A stretch of DNA of 64,000 nt, taken from NCBI GenBank assembly GCA_963702475.1, contig CAVPCT010000005.1, forward strand, positions 32,001-96,000, given 5' to 3'. Position 1 is the first letter of the stretch, and each line of letters opens with the position of its first letter. The notes below the pieces were generated by a model. The model ran no database searches, had not been told where the DNA came from, and saw only the letters and a list, made by a program, of their open reading frames with translations. The DNA is from an uncultured Thermoleophilia bacterium (GTDB taxonomy: Bacteria; Actinomycetota; Thermoleophilia; UBA2241). Of the stretch, positions 37,422 to 46,883 are shown one piece after another. The translations under genes and the position numbers were made by a program.

Positions 37422-38447
37422 TCACGCACCGCCGGACGCGGCTTCGTCGCCGTCGCTGCCGAAGATCGCCCGGGCGAACACGTCGGCCTCGAACGGCCGC
37501 AGATCCTCCAGCCTCTCCCCCACGCCGATGAGCTTGATGGGGATGCCGAGGGTCTCGTGGATGGCCACGACGATGCCCCCCTTGGCGGTGCCGTCGAGCT
37601 TGGTGAGCACCACACCGCTCACGTCCACGGCCTGCTGGAACTCCTGCGCCTGGCGCAGGCCGTTCTGGCCGGTCGTCGCGTCGAGTACCAGGAGCGTCTC
37701 GTGCGGGGCGCCGGGCAGCTGCTTCTCGATGACCCGGCGCACCTTCTCCAGCTCGCGCATGAGGTTCACCTGCGTGTGCAGGCGGCCGGCAGTGTCGATG
37801 AGGACCACGTCGGCGCCGCGCGAGCGCGCCGCCGCGACGCCGTCGAACACCACTGCCGCCGGGTCGCTGCCTTCGTCCTGCTTGACGATCTCACAGCCCA
37901 CGCGCCGGGACCACACGGTGAGCTGCTCGACCGCTGCGGCGCGGAACGTGTCGCCGGCCACCATGACGGGAGTCTTGCCGAGCTCCTTGAGACGCCACGC
38001 GATCTTGCCGATGGTCGTCGTCTTGCCCGTGCCGTTCACCCCGACCACGAGGATCACGGTCGGCTGGTGCGAGACGTCGATGCGCTGCTTCTCGGGGTCG
38101 TCGGGGCGCAGCAGCTCGGCGACCACCTCGGCGAGCTCGTTCTGGAACGGCTCCTTCGTCTCGATCTTCTTGGCCGTGCAGCGCTGCTCGAGCTCATCGA
38201 TGATCTTGACGGTGCCGTCCACGCCCACGTCGGCGGCGATCAGCATCTCCTCCGTCTGCTCGTACAGGCGGCGGTCGACGCCGACGTACACCGCCGCCTT
38301 GAGCCCTTCGGCCACCGCCGCTCGGGCCTTGCCGAGGTTGCGGCGCAGGCGCCCGAAGAGGCCCCTGCGCTCCTTCGCCTCTTCCTCCAGCACCGCGTCG
38401 GGGACCTGGTCCTCGGCGACGCCCTTGAACACCTCATGCCATTCCAC
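37422..38447 (-). CDS. ftsY: SRP receptor FtsY
   Basis: GVNGTGKTT, DTFRAAA, DTAGR, TKLDGTAKGG. Confidence 0.96.
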   Translation of the reverse strand: MEWHEVFKGVAEDQVPDAVLEEEAKERRGLFGRLRRNLGKARAAVAEGLKAAVYVGVDRRLYEQTEEMLIAADVGVDGTVKIIDELEQRCTAKKIETKEPFQNELAEVVAELLRPDDPEKQRIDVSHQPTVILVVGVNGTGKTTTIGKIAWRLKELGKTPVMVAGDTFRAAAVEQLTVWSRRVGCEIVKQDEGSDPAAVVFDGVAAARSRGADVVLIDTAGRLHTQVNLMRELEKVRRVIEKQLPGAPHETLLVLDATTGQNGLRQAQEFQQAVDVSGVVLTKLDGTAKGGIVVAIHETLGIPIKLIGVGERLEDLRPFEADVFARAIFGSDGDEAASGGA

Positions 38448-38526
38448 GCTTCTGCTCTCCTCGCATGCGGCCTGCGCCGCCGTGTCGTGTCGCGCTCCCG
38501 GCCCGCCGCTCCGCCTGGCCTGCGCG

Positions 38527-41500
38527 TCACTCGTGCGTCTGCGCCCCGGTCCTTCCCCTGGCTGCCTGCTCGCGGTCGATCTCCTCCTCGGCCATACGGG
38601 CGCTGACCACCTGGGACGCACCGTCCGGTCCCATCGTGACCCCGTACAGCACGTCGGCCGCCTCCATCGTCCTCTTCTGATGGGTGATGATGAGGAACTG
38701 CGTGCGCTCGCGGTAGTCGCGGAGAAGCTGGACCAGACGGCCGATGTTGACGTCGTCCAGGGCCGCCTCGATCTCGTCGAGGATGTAGAAGGGACACGGC
38801 CGCGCCAGCACCAGCGCCATGAGGAAGGCGATCGCCACGAGGGCGCGCTCACCACCGGAGAGCAGCTGGAGCTTCTTGCCCAGCTTCTTGGCCGGCTTCA
38901 CCTCCACAGTCACGCCCCCGGTGTCGTCGCCGCCCGGCTCGATGAGCTTGAGCGTACCGCGGCCGCCGGGGAACAGCACCGCCACCATGTGCTCGAACTG
39001 CTCCTGCACGGCCGCGAACGTGTCGGCGAACTCGGCGTCGATCTGCGCCGTGAGCTCCTTGATGAGGGACTCCAGCTCGTCCACGGACTTCTCGAGGTCG
39101 CGGCGCTGCTCGCGCATGAACGCCGCACGCTCGCCGAGCTCGGCGCACTCGGCCTCGGCGAGCGGGTTCACCGGGCCGATGCGTTCGCGCCGCCGCACGA
39201 GGCGCTCGGCGCGCTCGCGCAGCTCCCGCGCCTCGTTCTCGCCGGCCGGCGGCGGAAAGGCGGCGCGTTCGTAGCGCTCGCTGATCTCGTCGAGAGCGCC
39301 GGCCAGCTCGCCGCGCCGGTCGTCGAGGCGCGCCAACGCCACGCGTACCGCGGTACGGCGCTCTCCAAGCTCGGCGAGCCGGTGCCGCAGACCCGCCTCG
39401 TCGTCGGCCAGCGTGCGCAGACGGCCGCGGTCGAGCGAAGCTTCGGACTCCCCGCGGCCCTCGAGGTGCGCGACGACCGTGCGCGCCCGTGCGGCGAGCC
39501 GCGTCGCGCTGGCGGCGAGCTCGCGGCAGACATCGCTCACCTCCGGCAGGCTCGCGAGGCGGCGGTCCAGCACCTCGAGGCGCGCCCTGCCTTCGGCGGC
39601 GCGCGCCCGTGCGGCCTCGCGCTGCGCGGCGGCGCGGCGGGCGGTGGCGCGACGCTCGTCGAGCTCGACGCGGCGACGGGTGACCTCCGACAGCGCCGCC
39701 GCATGCTCGGTCTCGAGGGCCGCGAGCGCGGCCTCGCCGGACTCGATATCGGGCTTCAGCCGCTCGGCCTGCAGGAGCGCGCTCGCCGCCCTCCGCCCCG
39801 CCTCCTCGGCCTCTGCTTGCGCCTCGGCGCGCTCGGCGGCGATGCCTTCGAGCGCGCGGCGGTCGCGGTCCCTCACATCCTCCAGGTCACGAAGGCGTCC
39901 GCGGACGCTCTTGAGCTCGCGCTCCGCCGTCTCGGCGGCGATGCGCGCCTCGCGCTCCTCGGCGACGCGCGCCTCGGCGGCCTCGCGAGAGGCCGCCGCA
40001 TCCCTGGCGGCCACGGCGGCGGCGGCCTCTTCGCGCATCTCGCGCGCCCGCACGGCGTCCAGGCGGTCGCCCAGGCGTCCCATGGCGGCGCGCCGCTCCA
40101 GCAGCAGCGCAGCCGGCACGCCGCTGGCGAGGCCGATCTGCCCCGAGCCCGGCCGGTAGTACTCGCCGTCGCGGGTGACCGCGAGGCCCGGGAACTCAGC
40201 GGGAACGGCGCGCAGGTCGTCGACGATGACCACGTCGGCCAGGACGGCGGCCAGCTCACCGTGATCGCCGAGGCTCACCTTGTCCATGAGGGGCGCGGCG
40301 CCCGGAAACGCCACCGGCGGGCGCGGCCGCGGCGGCTGCACAACGAGGCGCACCAGGCCGATGCCGGCGCTCTTGAGCGCGCCCAGCAACGACCAGTGAT
40401 CCACGCCGCGCGGCACCGCGAGAGCCCCGGAGACCTGGGCGAGCGCAGCCGCAAGGGCGCGCTCGTAGCCGGCCTCACACGAGACGGCCGCGGCCAAAGA
40501 CTCCGTGCCGGGATAGGCACCGGCCACCTCGAGCACGTCGCCGCCGACGTCCTGCAGATCGCGCAGGGCGGCCTCCAGGTGGTCGATCTCGGCCTCCAGA
40601 GCGCGGCGCTCGACCGCGAGGGCACGATGCCGCTCCTCGGCGTCCAGGCGGCCCTTCTCGGCTTCCTGCGCGGCCGCCGACGCCGAAGCGGCGGTCGCTG
40701 CAGCCGCGGCGAGCGTCGTCCGCGCCGTCACCTCCGCCTGCGTGGCGGTCCGTTCGGCCGCGTCCTTCTCGGCGGCCTCCTCCGACAGCGCCGCGAGCTG
40801 CGCCGTGAGGCGATGTTCCTCGCCGGACAGCGCCTCCTGGCGGCGCTCCAGACGAGCCGCCACGGTGAGCGCGTTCTCGCGCTCCAGGGTGTGGCGGCTG
40901 AGGGCCGCGCGCCGCGCGCCGAGCCCTTCCCGGGCCGCCGTGAGCCTTCCGCTGACCTCGGCGTGCAGGCCCTCCGCCGCGGAGACAGTCGCGCTCAAGC
41001 GTCGCTCTTCGGAGGGCCAGTCGTCCCCGCCATCCTCCTCGGGGCCGCCGGCGAGCTCGCTCATCAGGCGCGCGCGCTCCTGCGCGGAGGCCCGGCCGAC
41101 CTCCTCGAGGAGTCGCAGCCGCTGCTCGGTGAGACGGCGCGCGCTCTCGAGGCGACCGTCGAGCACCCGTGCGCGCAGCAAGCGCTTCGCCAGCCGCTCG
41201 CGTTCGGCCAGACGCCGCGCGAACGCCTCCTCCTCCTCGGCGCGCTCACGCGCCACACCCTCGAGGCCCTCGTCGCAGCGCGCCCGCTCGTCCTCGACGA
41301 GGCGCGCCTCCTCGCGCTGCGACGCCAGCTCCCCGTCGACGGCGGCGATGTCGCCGCTCAGCAGGCGCCCGCGGGCCTCGTCCAGCTCGGCCTCGACGGC
41401 GCGCAGCTGCTCGGCCGCAGTGGCCTGGCGGCGCAGCGGCGTGAGCTGCGCGTTGACCTCGCGCTCCAGCAGATCGGCGCGCTCGAGGTTGCGCCGTACC

Positions 41501-42048
41501 TCGCGGAGCTTGAGCTCCGCGCGCTCGCGGCGCCGCTTGAAGGTCCCCAGGCCCGCCGCCTCCTCGATCTGGCTGCGGCGGTCCTCGGGCTTGCCCGCGA
41601 GGAACGACTCGACCTTGCCCTGCCCGATGATCGAGTGCAGCTCGCGCCCGAGGCCTACCTGCGCCATGAGCTCCACCACATCGGTGAGCCTGCAGGTGGA
41701 CTGGTTGATGGCGTACTGGGAGCTGCCGTCGCGCGTCACCCGCCGGCGCACGCTGACCTCGTCCACCGGGACCTGCAGGGCCCGGTCGCTGTTGTCGAAG
41801 GTCAGCTCCACCTCGGCCGCGCCCGCGGCGCGACGCCCGTCGCTGCCGGCGAAGATGACGTCCTGCATGGAGGAGCCACGCACGGTGGTCGGACTCTGCT
41901 CGCCCAGGGCCCACACCACGGCATCGGCGATGTTGCTCTTGCCGCTCCCGTTGGGCCCGATGATGACGCTGACGCCGGGTTCGAAGACGAGCTCGGTCTG
42001 CAGGGGGAACGACTTGAACCCCTTGACGCGGAGCGCCTTCAGGAACAC
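38527..42048 (-). CDS. smc: Chromosome segregation protein SMC
   Basis: GFKSF, GPNGSGKSN, coiled coils, LSGGE, LDEIEAALD, ITH. Confidence 0.95.
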   Translation of the reverse strand: MFLKALRVKGFKSFPLQTELVFEPGVSVIIGPNGSGKSNIADAVVWALGEQSPTTVRGSSMQDVIFAGSDGRRAAGAAEVELTFDNSDRALQVPVDEVSVRRRVTRDGSSQYAINQSTCRLTDVVELMAQVGLGRELHSIIGQGKVESFLAGKPEDRRSQIEEAAGLGTFKRRRERAELKLREVRRNLERADLLEREVNAQLTPLRRQATAAEQLRAVEAELDEARGRLLSGDIAAVDGELASQREEARLVEDERARCDEGLEGVARERAEEEEAFARRLAERERLAKRLLRARVLDGRLESARRLTEQRLRLLEEVGRASAQERARLMSELAGGPEEDGGDDWPSEERRLSATVSAAEGLHAEVSGRLTAAREGLGARRAALSRHTLERENALTVAARLERRQEALSGEEHRLTAQLAALSEEAAEKDAAERTATQAEVTARTTLAAAAATAASASAAAQEAEKGRLDAEERHRALAVERRALEAEIDHLEAALRDLQDVGGDVLEVAGAYPGTESLAAAVSCEAGYERALAAALAQVSGALAVPRGVDHWSLLGALKSAGIGLVRLVVQPPRPRPPVAFPGAAPLMDKVSLGDHGELAAVLADVVIVDDLRAVPAEFPGLAVTRDGEYYRPGSGQIGLASGVPAALLLERRAAMGRLGDRLDAVRAREMREEAAAAVAARDAAASREAAEARVAEEREARIAAETAERELKSVRGRLRDLEDVRDRDRRALEGIAAERAEAQAEAEEAGRRAASALLQAERLKPDIESGEAALAALETEHAAALSEVTRRRVELDERRATARRAAAQREAARARAAEGRARLEVLDRRLASLPEVSDVCRELAASATRLAARARTVVAHLEGRGESEASLDRGRLRTLADDEAGLRHRLAELGERRTAVRVALARLDDRRGELAGALDEISERYERAAFPPPAGENEARELRERAERLVRRRERIGPVNPLAEAECAELGERAAFMREQRRDLEKSVDELESLIKELTAQIDAEFADTFAAVQEQFEHMVAVLFPGGRGTLKLIEPGGDDTGGVTVEVKPAKKLGKKLQLLSGGERALVAIAFLMALVLARPCPFYILDEIEAALDDVNIGRLVQLLRDYRERTQFLIITHQKRTMEAADVLYGVTMGPDGASQVVSARMAEEEIDREQAARGRTGAQTHE

Positions 42049-42049
42049 G

Positions 42050-42904
42050 TCACACGCCCTCGCCGCCCTGCGGACCGGCCGCCGTGCGGCCGGCGCCTCC
42101 GGGGGCCAGCGGTGCGAGACCGTCCGGGGCGGCAGGCTGGCTGTCGCCGGCCGGCGCGACCTCGCCGTTGGCGCCGTCGTCTTCTTTGCGTGAGCGCCGC
42201 CCGCGCAGCCGCGCCCGCCGCTGCGTGCGGCGCACCCGTGCCTGCAGCTCGTGCAGCGCCTCGGCCGCGGCCTCCTGCTCGGCGCGCTTCTTGCTGCTGC
42301 CGAAGCCGTGCCCCAGCGCCTCTCCGTCGACGCAGGCCTGGATCTCGAACTCGCGGTCGTGCGGCGGGCCGCTGAATCCCAGCACCTTGTAGGTCACCGA
42401 GCGGGCGCTGCGCGCCAGGTACTCCTGCAGCTCGGTCTTGTGGTCGATGTAGCTGTTCTCGGCGAACTCGATATGTTCGTCGAACACCTCGATGACCGCC
42501 GGACGCACGGCCTCGTACCCAAAGGTGACGTACACGGCGCCGATGAGCGCCTCCGTGAGGTCGGCCAGCACGTTCTGGTTGTGCTGCAGCTGCGCGAGGT
42601 CGCCACCCTCGCCGCCGCCGGCCTGCTCCCTGAGCATCCTGCTCAGGCCCAGCTTGGCGGCCACACGGGCGCAGGTGGCGCGGCTGACGATATACGCCCG
42701 CAGCCGCGCCAGGTGACCCTCCGCGAAGTCCGGGAACCGCCGGTAGAGCTCGGTGGTGATGCACAGGCTGAGGACGCTGTCGCCGAGGAACTCCAGGCGT
42801 TCGTACGAGTCCACGCGCTCCGCCGCCCACGAGGTGTGGGTGAACACCTGCCGCACGGTGGCGCGGTCGAGTTGTTCCGCAAGGGAGAGGAGCCGGTAGG
42901 TCAA
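42050..42904 (-). CDS. rnc: Ribonuclease III
   Basis: ERLEFLGDSVL, EG.L, AD..EALIGA, dsRBD KTELQE. Confidence 0.95.
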   Translation of the reverse strand: MTYRLLSLAEQLDRATVRQVFTHTSWAAERVDSYERLEFLGDSVLSLCITTELYRRFPDFAEGHLARLRAYIVSRATCARVAAKLGLSRMLREQAGGGEGGDLAQLQHNQNVLADLTEALIGAVYVTFGYEAVRPAVIEVFDEHIEFAENSYIDHKTELQEYLARSARSVTYKVLGFSGPPHDREFEIQACVDGEALGHGFGSSKKRAEQEAAAEALHELQARVRRTQRRARLRGRRSRKEDDGANGEVAPAGDSQPAAPDGLAPLAPGGAGRTAAGPQGGEGV

Positions 42905-42919
42905 ACAAGCCTCACACGC

Positions 42920-42963
42920 CGTCGAGGGGACGCCCCCCGCTGGCGGGAAGCACCCCCTCGGCG
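42920..42963 (-). promoter_or_regulatory. About 20-bp RNA stem-loop directly upstream of rnc
   Basis: Minus-strand arms pair with one mismatch and four G-U pairs. Confidence 0.6.
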
Positions 42964-42989
42964 ATCACGATCTCATGGAGCGGGCGGTG

Positions 42990-43235
42990 TTAGGCGTCGA
43001 CTCTCGTCATGACGAAGTCGACGGCGTCGCCGACGGTCTTGATCTCGGCGGCTTCTTCGTCGCTGATCTTGATGCCGAACTTCTCTTCCATGGTCATCAC
43101 GAGCTCGACGAGGTCGAGGGAGTCGGTCTCGAGGTCCTCCTGGAAACGCGCGTCCATGGTGACCTTGTCTTCGTCGACACTGAGGGTCTCCACGAGGATC
43201 CCCTTCACGTGCTCGAACACCTCTTCGCGGGTCAT
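42990..43235 (-). CDS. acpP: Acyl carrier protein
   Basis: DL..DSLDLVELVM..EEKFGI.I. Confidence 0.96.
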   Translation of the reverse strand: MTREEVFEHVKGILVETLSVDEDKVTMDARFQEDLETDSLDLVELVMTMEEKFGIKISDEEAAEIKTVGDAVDFVMTRVDA

Positions 43236-43265
43236 CCCGTAACCTCCGGTGGAGTTTGGCAGATA

Positions 43266-44333
43266 CTACACGTTCGCCCGCGCCGTCCCAAGCTCGCGAG
43301 CGATCGCCGGAAGGAGATCGCTGACCACGGCGCGACGGCCCATGCGCGCGGCCTGGGCGATGCCCCGGGCGGTAGAGCTGCCGTGCGCGATGACGACCGG
43401 GGCGCTCACCCCGACGAGCACGGCGCCGCCGAACTCGTTCGGGTCGAGGGCGTCTTTGAGGACCATGAGGTGCTTGCGCAGCAGCAGACCTCCCAGCTTG
43501 GTCGCCGCATTGATGTCGACGGTCTGGCGGATGGCGCTGAGGATACCCTTGGCCGAGCCTTCGATGGTCTTGAGCGCGACGTTGCCCGTGAAGCCGTCGG
43601 TGACCACGACGTCGACCACGCGGTTCATGATGTCCCGCCCCTCGACGTTGCCGTAGAAGTGCACGTGCGGGTCGGCGGCGATGAGTCCGTGCGCCTCGAT
43701 CACGTCGGGCGTACCCTTGGTGGGCTCCTCGCCGATGGAGAGCAGGCCGACGGTGGGGTCGGCGATACCCATGACCTCGCGCGCGAACAGGGAGCCCATC
43801 ACGGCGAACTGGTGCAGATGGTCGGGCTTGTACTCTGCGTTCGCGCCCACGTCGAGGAAGGCGATGGGGCGCGGCATGCACGGCATGATGGTGCAGATGG
43901 CCGGCCTCTGCACGCCGCGGATGCGGCGCACGTAGAGCAGGGCGCCGGCCGTGACGGCGCCGGTGTTGCCGGCGCTCACGAAGGCGTCGGCCTCGCCGGC
44001 GTGCACCAGCTTGAGACCGACGACGATGCTCGACTCCGTACGGTTGCGCGCCGCCCAGGCCGGCTCCTCGTCGTAGCCGATGACGTCGCCGGCGTGCACG
44101 ATGGAGACGTTCTCCGTGCCGGCGGGGACGAGCGGCCGCACCACGGCCTCGTCCCCTACGAACACCACGTGGAGCTCCGGCCCGGCGGCCTGCAGGGCGC
44201 CGCGCACGACGTCGTCCGGCGCTCTGTCGCCGCCCATGGCGTCGACCACCACGCGCGCGACCCGGCCGCCGGACGACGCCGTCCAGGCGGCCGTGACCTC
44301 GTGGGGCGAGACGTAGATGGGCGTCGGCGTCAT
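43266..44333 (-). CDS. plsX: Phosphate acyltransferase PlsX
   Basis: VDAMGGD.AP, SAGNTGA, LDVGAN, IGEE..KG, GNVEG, DGFTGNVALK, HGSS. Confidence 0.95.
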   Translation of the reverse strand: MTPTPIYVSPHEVTAAWTASSGGRVARVVVDAMGGDRAPDDVVRGALQAAGPELHVVFVGDEAVVRPLVPAGTENVSIVHAGDVIGYDEEPAWAARNRTESSIVVGLKLVHAGEADAFVSAGNTGAVTAGALLYVRRIRGVQRPAICTIMPCMPRPIAFLDVGANAEYKPDHLHQFAVMGSLFAREVMGIADPTVGLLSIGEEPTKGTPDVIEAHGLIAADPHVHFYGNVEGRDIMNRVVDVVVTDGFTGNVALKTIEGSAKGILSAIRQTVDINAATKLGGLLLRKHLMVLKDALDPNEFGGAVLVGVSAPVVIAHGSSTARGIAQAARMGRRAVVSDLLPAIARELGTARANV

Positions 44334-45391
44334 GCCTGGAGGTCGGCGACCAGCCGGTCCAGGTCGACGGCCTGCTCGATGAGGCCGGCGATGAGCTCGA
44401 TCTTGCCGCGGTCCTTGACGCGCAGTCGCCCGAACAGGCGGCGCAGGTCGTCGGCCGCAGTGACGGTGTCGGTCTCGACCGAGACGAGCGGCACGCCGCG
44501 CTCCTCGGCACGCTCGAGCACGGCGGGGCTGGGCACGTAGTTGCCGGTGAGCACGACGGCCACGGTGGGCGTGTCGAGCGCCGTGAGGATGATCTCGGCG
44601 CGATCGCCGCCCACGATCACGACCTTGTCCGGCGTGAGCTGGAAGTAGCGGAGAGCGTGGTCGGGGCTCATGGCGCCGATCATGTAGGTCTCGACGAGGC
44701 GGTCGCCGTACTGGGCGCCGCACACGTAGGTGCCGCTCAGGGCCTCGACGATCTCCGCCACGGAGACGGCTGAGAGCCGGCTGTTGGACGTGATCGCTCC
44801 GTAGCTCGTGATGTCGTTCGTCTCCAGGAAGCGCACGTACTGATCGGTGACGAGCGCCAGGCGCGACTGGGGCACCATGTTGAACAGCACGCCGAGGAGG
44901 CGCTGCTTGAGGGCGTCCTTGACGTAGATGATGTCGTCCAGCAGACGGGCGCCAGCGAACTTGGCGACCAGCAGCGTGCGCAGGTCGAGCTGACTGACCA
45001 CCTCGGCGCCGCTGGTGCGTAGAAAGCGGCCCTGCCAGATCTCGCCGAGGCCCTCACAGATCAGGAGGTCCTTGCCCTCGCTCAAGCGAGCGTAGGCGTC
45101 GGCGACGCGGCGCATGGCGTCGACCTCGGACCCGTTGAGGACGTCGTGCAGGGCGTCCTCGTCGAGCACGACGGGGCACACGTCGGTGAGGGCGTCATCC
45201 AGGCCGAGCAGCTCGGCGACGAAGGCGGCGTCCTCGTCGAGCAGCACGCCGCTCGCCGACGACGCGAGCGTGCCGACGGGCTTGAAGTAGCCGGCCTTCA
45301 GACCCCGGCGCCGCAGCGCGAGACACAGGCCGACGGCGATGGTGGTCTTGCCGCCGCTGCCTTGGGTGGAGGCGATGTAGAGCGACTTCAC
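44330..45391 (-). CDS. Phosphotransacetylase N-terminal-like protein (BioD-like P-loop + DRTGG), no catalytic Pta domain
   Basis: GGKTT, GYFKPVG, CEG, IGAM, GGDR.EI, LTG, DT. Confidence 0.85.
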   Translation of the reverse strand: MKSLYIASTQGSGGKTTIAVGLCLALRRRGLKAGYFKPVGTLASSASGVLLDEDAAFVAELLGLDDALTDVCPVVLDEDALHDVLNGSEVDAMRRVADAYARLSEGKDLLICEGLGEIWQGRFLRTSGAEVVSQLDLRTLLVAKFAGARLLDDIIYVKDALKQRLLGVLFNMVPQSRLALVTDQYVRFLETNDITSYGAITSNSRLSAVSVAEIVEALSGTYVCGAQYGDRLVETYMIGAMSPDHALRYFQLTPDKVVIVGGDRAEIILTALDTPTVAVVLTGNYVPSPAVLERAEERGVPLVSVETDTVTAADDLRRLFGRLRVKDRGKIELIAGLIEQAVDLDRLVADLQA

Positions 45392-45416
45392 CGCTGAAGC
45401 CCCCTCAGAGGTCAGT

Positions 45417-45610
45417 CCGTCCGCCGCGGGGCCCTTCGGGCCGCCGGCCGCTCACTACCACTACGGGAATCGACGTTGCCCACGGGCATCAGTGTCAGTG
45501 CCCCTGCGGCGCACCCGACGTTGATCCCCCTGCGGCGATCAACCCGTCCACCACGGGGCCCTTCGGGCCGGCGGCCGCTCACCAGCGCTCCGGGCACTTC
45601 GTGGCCCTAC
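45417..45610. repeat. Mosaic of direct repeats and hairpins (REP/BIME-like)
   Basis: 51-nt repeat at 45417-45467 and 45544-45594 (44/51 identical); cccctgcggcg twice inside separate hairpins; cgacgttg twice. Confidence 0.75.
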
Positions 45611-45615
45611 TGGCA

Positions 45616-45798
45616 TTAGTCGGCGTCGAGGACGATGACCTCGCGGCCCTTGTAGGTGCCGCACTTGGGACAGGCACGGTGCGGGAGCTTGGGGCTCTTG
45701 CACTGCGGGCACACGCTGGCCACGTCGACGCTGAGCTTCTGCTGCGACCGGCGCTGGTCGCGACGCCGCTGGGAGGTCTTCTTCTTCGGTACGGGCAT
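45616..45798 (-). CDS. rpmF: 50S ribosomal protein L32 (zinc-ribbon form)
   Basis: [13 protein letters not shown]...[10 protein letters not shown]. Confidence 0.96.
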   Translation of the reverse strand: MPVPKKKTSQRRRDQRRSQQKLSVDVASVCPQCKSPKLPHRACPKCGTYKGREVIVLDAD

Positions 45799-45829
45799 GA
45801 GTGTTCTCCTCGGTTCAACCAGACGCGGC

Positions 45830-45838
45830 AGTCTACCA
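45830..45838 (-). promoter_or_regulatory. Extended -10 promoter of rpmF
   Basis: TGgTAGACT 31 nt upstream of ATG; AGGAG RBS. Confidence 0.5.
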
Positions 45839-45868
45839 CAAGCCTCCCCGCCGCGCCTCCTCAAGTGG

Positions 45869-46348
45869 TCAGGGCTCGGTGTGCCGGTGGTCCGGTTCCG
45901 CGTTGAGGTCGGCGCCGCACACAGGGCACAGTCCGCGGCAGTCCTCGCGGCACAGGAGCTTGGCCGGAAGAGCCTCGGCGATGAGGTCCCGCGCCCAGCG
46001 CTCCACGTCGAGCACGAAGCCGCGCGCGTAGCCTTCGTCCTCGTCCGGGTCTTCCTCGTCGCCGCCCTCGGAGTCGCCGTGGCGCACGTAGTCGACTCCC
46101 TGGGCCTCGACACGCACATCGGCGTCGGCGAGGCAGCGCTGGCACGGTCCCACGACGTCGGTCTCGAACTCGGCCGTGAGCGTGAGATTGCCGCCCACGC
46201 GGGTGGCGGTCAGCTCCATGTCGACCAGATCGCCGGGCACCGCGTAATCGAGCCCACCGAAGACGAACGGGTCGACGTCCACGGGCAACCGCTGCCAGAG
46301 CTCGCTGGCATCATGGAACCTGAGGGACCGCAGGTCGAAACGCCGCAT
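45869..46348 (-). CDS. DUF177/YceD family protein
   Basis: [22 protein letters not shown]; upstream of rpmF. Confidence 0.88.
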   Translation of the reverse strand: MRRFDLRSLRFHDASELWQRLPVDVDPFVFGGLDYAVPGDLVDMELTATRVGGNLTLTAEFETDVVGPCQRCLADADVRVEAQGVDYVRHGDSEGGDEEDPDEDEGYARGFVLDVERWARDLIAEALPAKLLCREDCRGLCPVCGADLNAEPDHRHTEP

Positions 46349-46394
46349 GACCTGGAGAAAGCCGCTCGGAACGGGCGTCGAGACGTGGGCGGGC

Positions 46395-46859
46395 TTACGG
46401 CTGCAGGTCGTCGGCCCCGCGCCCCTGCAGGCGTTCGCGGCCGCGCCGCACCGCCGCGATGAACTTGTCCAGGTTGATCTCGAGGTTGCCGAGCACCTCG
46501 TCGGCGTAGTCCTCCGCGCCCAGGCGTATCTCGCGCTCGCGCTCGCGGGCGTCTTCCATGATCTGCTGCGCGTTGCGCTCGGCGAGACGCGCGACCTCCT
46601 GCTCGGAGGCCATGCGGTCGGCGCGCTCCTGGGCCTCGGCCAGCACACGCTCGGCCTCCTGCTTGGCCTCGGTGAGCATCTCCTGGCGTTCCTTGACGAT
46701 CCAGCGCGCCTGCTTGATCTCCTCAGGGATCGTGGAGCGCATCTGGTCGAGGATGTCGTAGATCTCCTCGCGGTCGATCATGACGCTGTCGGTGAGCGGC
46801 ACCGACCGTGCGTTGTGGATGATGTCGTCGAGCTTGTCGATGAGCACGAGCACGTCCAT
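46395..46859 (-). CDS. Conserved coiled-coil protein (SepIVA/DivIVA-like, often labelled ATPase)
   Basis: AR.VP....M.DREE....LD..R..IPEE..QA, GAEDYAD; between coaD and DUF177. Confidence 0.75.
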   Translation of the reverse strand: MDVLVLIDKLDDIIHNARSVPLTDSVMIDREEIYDILDQMRSTIPEEIKQARWIVKERQEMLTEAKQEAERVLAEAQERADRMASEQEVARLAERNAQQIMEDAREREREIRLGAEDYADEVLGNLEINLDKFIAAVRRGRERLQGRGADDLQP

Positions 46860-46883
46860 AGTCCTGCAACCCCCTCCCAGCTC

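Noticed and set aside
37342-42375. 1677-aa plus-strand ORF
   Set aside because: Antisense shadow of smc/ftsY; stop-poor frames are expected at this GC content and no motifs are recognisable
45412-45597. 61-aa ORF, or a CRISPR array, in the repeat region
   Set aside because: Only two long repeat copies with a structured interval, no cas genes, and no coding signal
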